64,000 bases of DNA from the human T2T-CHM13v2.0 reference genome, Homo sapiens (GCF_009914755.1 NC_060925.1); one strand, 5' to 3'. Shown: positions 13,560-26,380, numbered from the stretch's first letter. The notes: generated by a model from the letters alone, not told the origin. Numbers and translations are program-made.

Positions 13560-14005
13560 AATTATAGTTTAACAGCATTTAGAATAAAACCTGGACTTCC
13601 CATACTTTATTCACATTCCACAATTTAAAGCCCTATAAAATCTAGGATTTGTTCCCTTCCCGACCTCATCTACTATTCCACCTCACCTTGCTCACTCTGC
13701 TCTTGCTCCCCTTCCCCTCTCTCCTTCCTCAAATACTCTCATGCATTATTCCTAGTTTCCACTTAGATCTCATCTCAAGTTTCCTGTCCTCAAAGAAGCT
13801 TTTCCTGTCAGGCTCAATCACATTGCCCTGTTTTAATATCTTCAAAAATGTTAGAATTATCTAAAAGTAACTTGCTCTTGTATTCACTTAGGTATTTGTT
13901 TTTATGTCGTTGCCTGTTTTGTTCACTGTTATATTTCCAGTGCCTAGCAGATGATCTAGCCAATAAATATTTTCCATAATTCTTTTTGGATAAAATAATT
14001 GACAT
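13560..14005 (+). mobile_element. L2 3' region
   Basis: Pyrimidine-rich L2 body ending TTCACTGTTATATTTCCAGTGCCTAGCA...CAATAAATAT. Confidence 0.7.
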
Positions 14006-14239
14006 AAAATAAAAGTAAAATGACTGTGTCCAGGAGACTATAAAAGAGGTTTCTCTGACTCATCTTGGGGCAACTTCAGCAGGCCTCTGCATCTGAGCTC
14101 TCCTCTCTTTCCTGAGGAAACTGCCATCTCTTCCCACTCTTACCCTAATCATTCGCTAACTGGTTTCTACTGACTGATGTTCCTCTCGTAGGCCATCCTT
14201 TACCTAGGGATTCCCAAGTCAGCTTTTTGTCACACAGCT

Positions 14240-15096
14240 TGTATTAGTCATGGTTCTCCAGAGAAATAGAACTAAGAGTATATATATATATAGATATTTG
14301 AGAGGGGATTTGTTAAGGGAATTAACTCACATGAGTATGGCAGCTGAGAAGTCCCGCAACAAGCCATCTGCAAGCTGAGATGCCAGTGTTGCAGGACTTT
14401 TTCCTTAGTTCAGCTAAAGACGGGGGTCCTTATCACACGGCCATGAAAATTTAGGCTCACAGACAATTTGAAGGGTGAATAGAATGGGATTTATTGGGCA
14501 GAAAGGAAAGAAAGGAAGAACAGGGACTCTCCACAAGGCCAGAGTCCCTGCTACTGTGCTTCCTGCCTTGCAGTTTGAATCCTAGCTTCCACCCAGGAAG
14601 AGGAGGGGCCAGGTTCCTCCCCGCTGCAAACAGCACGAACTTCTGTGGCTCTGCCCAGTGCACATTCCTCCCAGTGAGCAGGCTGGTTGGAGTTTTGCCA
14701 GGGAGCCCTTCCCACCAGGCTGTCTTATTAGCATGGTTCAGTCCAAGTCAATGATGAAACTTAGTATGAGGCTGAACACCTGAGAACCTGAATGACTGCT
14801 GGTGCCAGTCCCTGAGTTGAAACCCAGAGAACTTGGAGTTCTGATAGGAGAAGAAAGGTGTCCCAGTTTCAGGAGAGAGAGAGTAAATCCCCCTTTCCTC
14901 TTTTTTGTTCTATCTGGACCTTCTGCCAATTGGATGTTGCCCACCCGCATTGGTGAGGGTGGATCTTTTTACTCAGTCCACTGAATCAAATGCCAATTTT
15001 TTCTAGAAACTTCCCCACAGACATAGCCAGAAATAATACTTAACCAGCTATCTAGGTATCCATTATTCCCACTGACACATAAAACTAATCCTCATA
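14240..15096 (-). mobile_element. MLT2B-like solo LTR interrupted by a younger LTR
   Basis: TGTATTAGTCATGGTTCTCCAGAGAAA...TTGGATGTTGCCCACCCGCATTGGTGAGGGTGGATC...TGACACATAAAACTAATC. Confidence 0.88.
14387..14727 (-). mobile_element. ERV1 (MER4-group) solo LTR, MER61A-like, nested in MLT2B
   Basis: 341-bp insert TGTTGCAGGACTTTTTCCTTAGTTCAGCTAAAGAC...GGCTGTCTTA; family name from memory. Confidence 0.65.
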
Positions 15097-15132
15097 CATG
15101 TCTTAGGGAGCTCTTAAAAATAAGAATTCCTG

Positions 15133-15463
15133 GCGTGGTGGCTCACACCTGGAATACCAGCACTTTGGGAGCCCTAAGCAGACTTACTTGAGGCCAGGAG
15201 TTTGAGATCACTTGAGGCCAGGAGTTTGAGACCAGCCTGGCCAATATGGCAAAACCTCATCTCTACTAAAAATACAAAAATTAGCTGGGTGTAGTGGCAC
15301 ACACCTGTAATCACAGCTACTTGGGAAGCTGAGGCATGAGAATCGCTTGAACCCAGGAGGCAGAGGTTGCAGTGAGCCAAGATTGTGCCACTGCACTCCA
15401 CCCTGGCTGACAGAATGAGACTCCATCTCCAAAACAAACAAACAAACAAACAAACAAACAAAC
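15133..15463 (+). mobile_element. AluS/J with internal 24-bp duplication and (AAAC)n tail
   Basis: TSD AGAATTCCTG at 15123-15132 and 15464-15473. Confidence 0.95.
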
Positions 15464-15799
15464 AGAATTCCTGTGGCCTGTGCTGATCCCCAGGAGAAGC
15501 TGATGTGGCAAATCTGGTATCTTTATTTCTGATAAGCTGAAAAGGAGATCTGTGGTAGTCTGTGACAACATTTGGCAAACTAAAATGAATCTTAGTGAAA
15601 AATAAAAATGGATCACATCTCTTCCTTGTTCCTAAATCTTTGTGCCACCTCATTGCTAGCCCCATAATATTCCAATTATTTAGCTTAATAGACAAAGTCA
15701 GCCCCATTCTGGCCTCCATGTCTCTTTCCCATTGTGTCTTTCTGTCACTCCTTGCCTCCTACCATGTGGGCCTTTCAGACAGACACTGATGTCTCCCTT

Positions 15800-16170
15800 C
15801 ATGGCCCCACATCTAACATATTCTGCTCTGCACAGGACGACATCTTAATAGATATAAATCTATTCATCTTTCCATAGAGCTCCAGTGTGACATCATTGAA
15901 CCTTCCTTGTGGCTTCATTCCTATGTATTTTCAGAGGTTTGTTGTTGTTGTTGTTGTTGTTAATAGTGCTGTAATAGCTTTTATCTGCTGTGTTAAAATA
16001 TGTCAGTTTACTAGTTCCTCTCTTCCAGTGGACTGTGAGAATCCTTGAGGACAAGAATTGTGTCTTATTTATCCTTATCCTTATTTATCCTTATCTTATT
16101 TATCCTTATTTATCCTTATCCTTATTTTGCCCAGGTTAAGTGTTTGGTAAGTGTTTTGATAAATAGAAAA
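15800..16170 (+). mobile_element. L2 3' fragment with (TTG)n and CTTAT-rich expansions
   Basis: GACTGTGAGAATCCTTGAGGACAAGAATTGTGTCTTATT is typical of the L2 3' end. Confidence 0.65.
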
Positions 16171-17222
16171 ATGATGGGAAAGATGCTATTTTCATTGAAC
16201 TTTGAAAAACAATGAGAAGGTAAACAAAATAGAACAGGGAAAATGACATTCTTCAAATAGTGAGCAGAAAGACATGGAAGAACCAAAGGCTAAGGGAAGA
16301 TGCTTATGGGAATGACAAGTGTTTAGTGAGAAGGAGCCTGGACTACTGGGGCATCAAAGTGGGACACAATAGCGCGACAAGGACTGGCTGTCCTTGCAAG
16401 TTGAGAATGAGGCATGAAAGTTCAGGTTTTGTTTATAAGCAAAGTTATAGAGCTAAGGAGTTTGATTTTTCTCTCTTGAATGTTAGTCCCATTCTTCCAC
16501 TGAGGAATAAGTAACAAGAATCACATTGTCATTTTAGCCTTGTCAGCAGCGAGTGCTCCACTGCACTATAAGTCTGATAAGAACAGTGGAAGAGACATTA
16601 GCTATAAATGTTGGCAAGAATTATCATTGTTCAGACTTCTGCAACTGCTCTCATCAAGATGTTGGGGGAATTGCCCCACTTCACAGACAGTACACCTGGA
16701 GCAGGGTGGGAAATGGCAGGGGCAAGGGGATTAGAGCTCCTAATGAAAAGAAGGACTCATGAGAATAAAGAGGGCAAACTCATGTGGGGGACAAGGAAAA
16801 TCGATGAATTTAAATCAGATTATACCCCTATTATCTACCAATATGCACTTGAATTGGTCTGAAAGGAAAACCATAAGAAATAACCTTTTACATGGTGCTG
16901 GCATGTTAAAATAGAACCATGGTTTCCTTCCTCCTCTTAATTGCATCTCAGGGCATCCCACATTGACGCTTCTCAGATGTTCATTCTCAGGGCTGTTCAA
17001 GGCCACGCCTAACTAGGACTCTGGTATAGCACACACTGGATTCCAGGCAAACTTCCAAGTGTTTTGGACACATTCACTTACTTCCCTCCGCAACAGTCCT
17101 GTAAAGTGAAGAAAGTGAGGCTCAACTTGGTTAAGTGATATAGCAAGATCACAGATTTCCTTCAGAGATTTGAAAGATGAAGGAGACAATCTGACACTTT
17201 GGAATCCCGGGTGCCTTGAACA

Positions 17223-17413
17223 CCATATATTTCATCTAATTTAAGACCACAGATTTTTATGATTGATCATTATTTTATATACCATGACAAAGATTGGGGG
17301 AAAAGGGGTCTGCCAATTAACCTACAATGCACTATTGTATAATAGAAACATTTCTATTCAAATATGTCAAAATGTTATGAAAAAAATGTGTATTTTAAAG
17401 TTAACGAAATAAG
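17223..17413 (-). mobile_element. MER104-like TcMar MITE
   Basis: Degenerate TIRs CCATATATTTCATCTAATTTAAGA / TTAAAGTTAACGAAATAAGG. Confidence 0.6.
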
Positions 17414-17937
17414 GTGTATTGGGCAGAATTATCTTAGCCTCTTTGTCTACAACTACCTGTCATGAGAACATAACTAGCACTAGCATGGAGCAGAATGTTA
17501 TGTTTAAAAGAATATCCCAGAAAGGTGAGCTTATTGTATGATTTTTTTATGTGGGTCCAGGGTGTTTTTTAAAATATATATTTTAAATTAAACTAGAGTT
17601 TGGCATGAAGTTTTTTGATTATGGATATTTCCATTTTTGGGGGCTGAAAAAATGTTTTCTTCCCCTATCAAATTTAGAATACTTGGAATCTTCAGTAAAA
17701 AATAAAGCTAAAGATTTGGTTCTGATTGCTCAAAGACAGCGTATCAGCAAAACATGCTTTATACAATAATTTGCATGAGGCAGAATGTGTCTCTGCATCT
17801 TAAAGAGGTTTCTGTAAATAGTGGATTGGTACAATTTCAACAAACTCCAAAGAGCTTATATACCAACCACCTTGTTGTGTGAGTATAGTGCAAAAAAGAA
17901 AAAAAAAAAGGACATAAAAGCCAAATATAAATGGACA

Positions 17938-18236
17938 TATTATTATTATTAGAGACAAGGTCTGGCTCTATCACCCAGGCTGGTGTGCAGTGGTGCCATC
18001 TCAGCTCACTGCAATCTCCACCTCCCAAGCTCAAGCCATCTACCCACCTCTACCTCCTGAATAGCTGGGACTAAAGGTGTGAGCCACCACACCCAGCTAA
18101 TTTTTGTATTTTTATAGTAGAGACGGGGCTTTCACCATGTTGCCCAGACTTGTCTCAAGCTCCTGGGCTCAAGTGATCTGCTCACCTCAGCCTCCCAAAG
18201 TGCTGGGATTACAGGCGTGAGCCACTGTGCTTGGCT
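17938..18236 (-). mobile_element. AluJ
   Basis: (TAT)n tail, Alu body with CTCCTGGGCTCAAGTGATC. Confidence 0.93.
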
Positions 18237-19389
18237 AACACCTAATTATTTTAACATAAAAAAATCATGAAACAAACAAGAAATCAAATTATAAATTAAA
18301 AAATTTTAGTGGTAAAAAATAAGACTAAAATATGTCAACACATGTAATAGAGTTAAATGGTACTTGGGGAAGATTTTAGAACCTTGTATATAAAATTCAG
18401 AGTAAAAAAACTGAAAACATAATAAATAAAATTTCCAAGTCAAGAAGTTAGAAAAAGAACAGAAAGTAAAAAGGAAGCAAAATGAAGGAAATAAAAATAC
18501 CAAGATCAGATATTAAGAAAATAGAATGCAAACAAAAATAAATAAATCTATGATGTGTTTGGTTGCAAAGATTTATAAAATAAATAAAACTTTGACAATA
18601 CTAATCAGTGCAAAAAGAGAGAAGGCACCAAAAAATAATATGAGAAAATAGAAAAGGACACTTAACTAGAGGTAACATTGTTTTTTTAAAAAATACTATG
18701 AACAATTTTATAACATGAAATTTGAAATTTTAGGAGAAAGGGTAACTTTCTGTTTTTAAAACATATTAAAAATCTTTAAAAATTCTAAAAATTGTAGCCA
18801 TCAGGTAAAATAATCAGTATTATAAAATCAATTCTTTAAAAAATAAAGCAAACAAACAAAACAACAATGACAAAACAAACTGGTTTTATAGGCAACTTTA
18901 CGAAAACATCAGAGAAAATGTCTGTATCATCTAAAAATTGTTTTAGAATATAGAAAAATTAAGAAAGTATTCCAATATATTTTATGAGGAAAGTATACCT
19001 GATGGTAAAAATAAGTCAATATCAGTCCAAAAAAGTACCATTTTAGTCATTCTAATTTATGAGTAGATTCAAAAAATTAAATGTTTAACAGCCTAAATTC
19101 ACTAATTGAAAAATAAGGAACAATAATGTATTATTAATGATTAGATTTATTTTGGAAAGATATTTTATTTAACAATTGAAGAATTAATCAATGAAGTTTA
19201 CCGCATTAACACATTAACAAAAGAATCATCTGAATAGATTTCAAAAAGCATTTGTACACTCAAATGCCTATACATTATAATCTTATCAACTTGATTTGTG
19301 TTAATTAAAGGTAACTATAAACTTATAATGCATGTATATTATATATATATAATGCACATATATTCTCATTAAAGCCAGAAAAAACAAAA

Positions 19390-19686
<297 letters not shown>

Positions 19687-20105
19687 AAATGAATTTTTAA
19701 AATTATTTTTCTATTTAGCACTTAATTTGGGATCTTAGCCGGTGCAATGACATAAGAAAAATAAAATGCAATATAAGAAATGGAAAGGAAAGAACACAAA
19801 TCTTATTTTTACATGCTAAGATTATTTGTATAGGCAATTCAACATCTACATGAAAATTATAAGAACTAATAATCAAAATTGTTGGATACAAGATTATTAC
19901 ATTAAAAAATCAAAGCAGCCCTATACATTAGCAACTAAAAATAATGTTTAGGAAAAATAATTTGCTTATAATACGTATTACATTACATCAAAGCAATGAG
20001 AAACATAGAAATAAATTTAACAAAAGGCATCATTGTAGGAAGTAAACGAAACTAATTTATTGAATTAGATAAAAGAAAACATAGAGTAAATAGGATAATA
20101 AACTA

Positions 20106-20400
20106 CAGTCATCCATTGGTATCCATAGGGAATTAGTTCCTAGACCCTCCATTGATATCAAAATCTGCAGATGCTCAAGTACTTTATATAAAATGGTGCA
20201 GAATTTGCACATAACCTGCACATATTCTCCCATTTACTTTAAGTCATATCTAGGTTACTTATAATATCTAATACAATACAAATGCTATGTAAATAGTTGT
20301 TATACTACATTTTTAATTTATTATTATTATTATTTTTTCCAAATATGTTGAATCGTGGTTGGTTGAATTCACAGAACCCGCAGATACAGAGGGCCAATTG
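20106..20400 (+). mobile_element. MER2 (Tigger family MITE)
   Basis: CAGTCATCCATTGGTATCC...GCAGATACAGAGGGCCAATTG flanked by TA. Confidence 0.88.
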
Positions 20401-21192
20401 TATGTTAATGTGTGAATGGGAATGCTCAATATTATAAAGATGGACATTATTTTCAGATTAATCTTTAAACTCAATATAATCATAATGAAAATCACTACAG
20501 AGTTATGGACAGAATTCGACAGAATGAGCCTAAAATTTATATTAAAGAATTAAGAGTCAAAAAAGACAAAAAAAATTTGAAAGGAAAGAATAATAAGGGG
20601 AATTTACATGATCAATATTAATATTGTTTATAAAATTGTTATATTTAAAACAGAATATTATTGGCACAGATCTGGATCAAAAGAACAAAGTACCCTAGAA
20701 AGAGGCTCATGAATGTGCGACAACTTGCTATGTAACAAAAGTGGCATTAAAAATAGTAGGGAAAGGATAGATTGGTTTAAAAATGGTCCTAGACTTCAGA
20801 TTGGTTTAAAAATGGTCTTAGACTTCAGAGACATCTGATGCTGGATTGAGCAAACATCAGGCTATACCTGCAGAGTCTAGAGGTGTTATTTGGTCCTGCT
20901 TACATTTCTTGCTAGAAGGTTGGACTGCACTGATGCTGTGCCATAACTGACTGACTCCCTTGTTCATCAACAGTAGCGCCGCTCTCCCCTTATTCCAAGA
21001 ATTCATCAACGGGGCTGTTCCAAGGATAAAATAGTAGGTAATTTTATGTCTTGACTCATTTTCCTTTAAAGCCTCACGTGTACATAGGTCCAAAGTTGTA
21101 TATCTTTCATAGAAGCACAATGAAGTGAATATTGCAGCAAGTAGTGGGATATGTTTTTCATGGCCTTTCCTGTTTCCCAAAAAAGCAGCCCC

Positions 21193-21496
21193 AGCCGGGT
21201 GCGGTGGCTCACGCCTGTAATCCCAGCACTTTGGGAGGCCAACGCAGGTGGATCACCTGAGGTCGGGAGTTTGAGATCAGCCTGACCAACATGGAGAAAC
21301 CCCATCTCTACTAAAAATACAACATTGGCCGGGCATGGTGGCACATGCCTGTAATCCCAGCTACTCGGGAGGCTGAGGCAGGAGAATCGCTTGAACCCGG
21401 GAGGTGGAGGTTGTGGTGAGCCAAGATCACGCATTGCACTGCAGCCTGGGCAACAAGTGCGAAACTCCATCTCAAAAAAAAAAAAAAAAAAAAAAA
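21193..21496 (+). mobile_element. AluSp/Sq
   Basis: CCTGACCAACATGGAGAAACC diagnostic; TSD AAAAA(G/T)CAGCCCCA. Confidence 0.95.
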
Positions 21497-21785
21497 TCAG
21501 CCCCAACCCTGGAAAGCTATTGAGAAAAGTTCCTTAGGAGTGAGGTCTTCCTATGCTAGTCTGAATCTGTTCTTTCCCATGCCTGGGGAGCAAGGGCACA
21601 AAGAGACCAAAAGGAAAACTCAGGTTGGAAGCAGTCATGTAGATTTTTGTTAGGGGATATATATATATATATTTTCCTCCCAAATTTGGTCCTGAAATAG
21701 TGATTATTTGATTATTTTCTTAATGAAAATTTTAAAAATTAAGTCCCTATATCATACACACATATATACACATATACAGATACAC

Positions 21786-22363
21786 AGTCAGGGTTCTCCA
21801 GAGAAACAGAGCCTATAGAATAAGTGTGTGTGTGTGTGTGTGTGTGTACACAGACAGAGAGAGAGACAGATTATGGGAATTGGCTCACATGATTTTGGAA
21901 ACTGAGTCCCATGATCTGCCATCTGAAAGCTAGAAAACAAGGAAAGCCAGTGGTGCAATTCAGTGAGTTTGAAGGCCTGAGAACCAAAGGTCTAATAACT
22001 CAATGGGGTACCTCCCAGATGAATTGGAAAGCCTGAGAACTAGAGAGATGATGGTGGGGGTGGGGTCACTGGTACTAGTCCTGGAGTCCAAAAGCCTGAG
22101 AACCAGGAGCTCCAATGTCCAAGAGCAAGAGAAGATGGATGTTATAGCCAAGCAAAAAATGTGACTTTTTTACCCTTCATGTCCTCAAAAGATTAGATGA
22201 GGCCCACCCACATTGGTGAGAGAGATCTTCTTTACCCAGTCTACTGATTCAAATGCTAATGTCCTCCAGAAACACCTTCACAGATACATCCAGAAGTAAT
22301 GTTTTACCAGCTACTTGGGCATCCCTGAGGCCAGTCAAGTTGACACATAAATTAACCATCATA
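21786..22363 (-). mobile_element. MLT2D-like solo LTR with (TG)n
   Basis: AGTCAGGGTTCTCCAGAGAAACAGA...CCAGTCAAGTTGACACATAAATTAACCATC. Confidence 0.88.
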
Positions 22364-23785
22364 CATACATTACTGGAATCCTTATCTTAGTATAGGAAAG
22401 AATTTGTCAAACAATATACAAAACCCACACACCTTCAAGGAAAATATTGGCATATAGATATATTAAAACTTTAAACTTGTACATGGACAGAGAAAAAAGA
22501 CAAGGAGAAGATGTTTACAATGCATATAACTAACTTTACATGACTCCTACAAATCAATAAGCCATATTGCCCATTAGAAAAGTATGCAATGGACATAAAC
22601 AGGCAATTCACAAATGAATAAATATAAATTGTCAATAAATATATAAAAACCTGCTTAAGTTTATGAGTAAGCAGAAAATCCATATTAAAACAATAAAAAG
22701 TTACTATTTTGTTACCCCAAAATTGGCAAAAAATGTTTAAAATCCGATAATAGCAAATATTGGCAAAAGTGAAGGGAAGTAAAAACGTTCATTCAGAACT
22801 GATGGGAAAATTAATGGATACAATTTATATTCCATTTTGAAGAGGAATTTGGCATATCTAGTAAAGTTGAGGACATATTTGTAGACCTTTTTTTATGGAT
22901 AACTCCTGAATAAGCACACGGAAGACAGGGTAAAATGTTCAAAGTGGTAGAAAAAATATAAATGGTGGTATGTTCACAGCATTTAAAATGGATCAAGATT
23001 TCAAAATATAATGGTGAGTCAAAAAAGCAACTTGCTTTTTCTTTCCAAGTTGTGGATTAGAGGCTTTTAGCATGCCTTGGCTACTTGGAAATAGTAAGAT
23101 AGTACATAGAGATCAACTCTTTTAGTTTTAATTCAAGAAGGAAAATGAGAATCCACCAAAATCATGAAGGACACCCCAGATCCCAGAGAGGAGAACGTGA
23201 GCAAACAGGCCCTGTCACAGCATCCAGCTGATAAAAGTGAGTAAAGCCCCAGTACTTGAGAGAGGCCGGGAGCCTCCCTCTGTGACTCACCTTTCCACGG
23301 GATCCGAGCAACCCAGGCTGAGGAAGAGTGCTTTGTTTCCCCCAAGCCCCTGAGCTATCTTGGGGATAGACTTGGAGGTGCTGAGAGAGAAAGACACTGG
23401 GAAAAGCTGCAGGCATTTTCCCTGACCTGGGACAGAGAACAGGAAGCCACCTTTAACCCAGGCACACACAAAATCAGCCATTCTTTGGTGACCCAGCAAT
23501 ATAGCCATGCAGGCATTTTTGTTTTAGGCCAGAGATTGGAAAATTGTTCTAAAATAGGGTAGGGACACACACAGCCAGAATTGCAGTAAATGCCTCAGCT
23601 GTAGGCACTGGAATGGTGCTTTCCCCCGTTGTAGGCCTGGGGCAGCTGCAATTTCTCCTGGGCCACAAGACCTGCAGCCAGGGCCAGCATGGTGACCTAG
23701 AACTAGTCTCATGTATCATTGCTGGGTGCCCCAGCCTGCTCCTCTGAAATCACAGTACAGTAGAGACCCGTCGGGTCCACCTCCA

Positions 23786-24900
23786 GGAGGATCTCCAGGC
23801 ATTCTGTACTCACCTGGTTCAGTTGCCTAAGCAACTCCACCTTTCTTGGGCATAGATCATGGTTAAGTGGGCCCTTCTGCTTCACGCCAAGGCAGATATC
23901 CAGGCGTTAAGAGCACCTGCTTGTATGGACTACCAACTTGAGGTGCCACACTCTTCCTGTGGGGAGATCTTGGTGCAGTAGAGCCCTCTCTGTTCAATGT
24001 CCAGGCAGATCTCCAGGTATTCAGAGCACATGCTCACCTGGATCACCAGTCTGACCCACCCCACCCTTCCTGGACATAGAATGTGGTACAGCAGTGCCCT
24101 CCCCATTCCACTCCCAGGTAGCGCTCCAGACATTCAAAGCACTGGCTCATCCACATTGGTAGCCCAAGCTGCCCCACCATTCTGTGCAGAGATTCTGGAG
24201 CAAGGATGCCCTCTCTGCTTCATGCTCAGGCAGATCTATGAGTATTTGGAGCTCCTTCTTGCCTGGTTCAGCAGCCAGAGTCACCCTACTCTTCCTATAC
24301 AAAGATCTTGGTGCAGGGAAGCCCTCTCCCCTCCATGCCCAGGTAGATTTCCAGACATTCAGAGCATCTGCTCACACAGATTGGCAGCCTGAGTGGCCCT
24401 ACCCTTCCTGCACAGAGATCATGGTGCAGCAGGACCATTTCTACTCCATACTCAGACAGATCTCCAGGTATCTGGAGCATTCGCTCACCTGGACCAGCAG
24501 CCCGAGCCAACTCACTCTTCCTATATAGAGATTATGGTGCAGCAGGGCCTTCACTGCTCAGCGCCCAGGCACTCAGAGCACCTAGTCCCTAGATCAGCAT
24601 CCTGAGCCAGCCCACTCATCCTGCACAGCAACTGTGGTGAAGCAGGGCCCCCTCTGCCCCATACCCACCCAGACAAATCTTTGGGCAGTTGGAGAACCCA
24701 TTCATCTGGATTACCAGTCTGAGCTGGCCCACCCTTCCTGTGCAGAGATTGTGGTGGAGTGGGGCCTTCTGCATTCTGTGCCCTGGCAGATCTCTTGGCA
24801 AATGGAGCACTCACTCTCCTGGATTAGGAGTTTAGGGACCCCACTCCCCGCTGCCATCCATGCAGAGAACTGGGAGCTGAGGTTTTCTAGCCCCATGCCT
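23786..24900 (+). repeat. Tandem array of ~10 diverged 113-bp monomers in the L1 5'UTR
   Basis: GGCAGATCTCCAGG-like unit starts at 23786, 23891, 24004, 24117, 24229, 24342, 24455, 24568, 24672 and 24785. Confidence 0.9.
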
Positions 24901-25339
24901 GAGCATACCTCAAGGCACTTGTTGGTCACCCATTGGATTCTCCCTTACTACTAGTGCTTGTACCTGCTATCAGGCAGTCTATATGTGTGCCTGCTGACCT
25001 GGGCCTGCCCATCTTGTCTGCTGCCCCTGGGGCAGAGCAGGGAGCTCAGACCACTGTGTACTCCACAGATCAGACCATTCATTGCCTGAGGCAACAGAAA
25101 GCACCTCTTGAAAAAAAGATCAAATATATACCTAGCCATGTTGGCCGCAGTCAGCTACTGGTTTGTAGGTCAAAACACACAACCCAATATAAAATCTGCC
25201 AAAAGAAGTACATAGGGGTATAGAAGCAAAGCCAAAAGACCCTACCCAACGTTCTCTACAGTCACACCTTCTAGGGCATGGAGGAAAGAGAAAAAGAAAG
25301 AAAAAAGCAACAATAATATTACAGTGAAAGAAAGAAAAA

Positions 25340-26380
25340 GAAAAAATACTACCCACATGAAAATAATTGTAAAAGTTAGAAGTATCGGCATCTCCAAGTG
25401 AGCAGAAAGTAGCACAAGAATTCTGGCACCACAAAAATTCTGAATGTAGTGACACCACCAAAGGATCACACTAGCTCTCCAGCAATGGTCCCTAATCTAA
25501 ATGAAAACTCATAAATGATGGATAAAGAATTCAAAGCGTGAATTGCAAGGAAGCTCAAAGAGATCCATGACAAGGATGAAAATCAGCACAAAGAAACTTC
25601 TAAATCAATCCAGAAAATGAAGGAAGAGATAAACATCTTAAAAAGAAATCAATCAGAGCTTCTGGAATTGAAAAACTTTCTTGAGGAATTTCAAAATACA
25701 AATGAAAGCTTTATCAATAGACTGGACCAAGCAAAAGACAGAATTTCAGAGCTTGCAGACCAGTCTTTAGATCTAACCCAGTGAGATAAAAATAAAGAAA
25801 AAATATATTTTTAAAATGAACAGTCTTAAAGAAATATGGGATTATGTAAAGAGACCAAATCTATGAATTATTGGCATTCCTGAGAAAGAAGGATAAAAAA
25901 ATAAACAACCTGGAAAACATTTTTGAGGAAATTATTCAAGAAAATTTCTCTAATCTTTCTAGAGAGGTAGACATACAGATACAAGAAATCCAGAGAACAC
26001 CTACATACGAAATGAATATCATCAAGGCATATGGTCACCAGACTGTCCAAGGTCAACACTAAAGAAAAAATCTTAAATGCAGCTAGAGAAAAATGTTAGA
26101 TTACCAACAAAGGGAACCCCAGGCTAACAGTCTACCTCTCAGAAGGAACTTTACAAGACAGGAGAGATTGGGGGCCTATTTTCAGCATTCTTAAAGAAAA
26201 GAAGTTCCAACCAAGAATTTTATATCCTGACAAGCTAAGCTTCATAAACTAAACTAAACTACAATCTTTTCCACGTAAGCAAATGCTAAGGGAATTCATT
26301 AGCATGAGACCAGCCTTATGAGAGACCCTTAAGGGACTTTTAAATGTGGAAACAAAAGAAAGATACCTGCTGCTATAAAA
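25340..26380 (+). pseudogene. L1 ORF1p remnant
   Basis: Coiled-coil/RRM/CTD-like fragments (AAAATCTTAAATGCAGCTAGAG, CAACCAAGAATTTTATATCC); disrupted reading frame. Confidence 0.8.

Noticed and set aside
15174-15719. Longest ORF (181 aa) and other Alu-containing ORFs (6958, 21066, 33320, 49351)
   Set aside because: These are typical antisense-Alu translations (e.g. [22 protein letters not shown]) with no gene context
23786-24900. Regularly spaced repeats as a CRISPR-like array or a repeat-protein gene
   Set aside because: Whole units are homologous with no unique spacers, there are no cas genes, the array lies within an L1 5'UTR, and the 113-bp period is not a multiple of 3, so the overlapping ORFs are incidental
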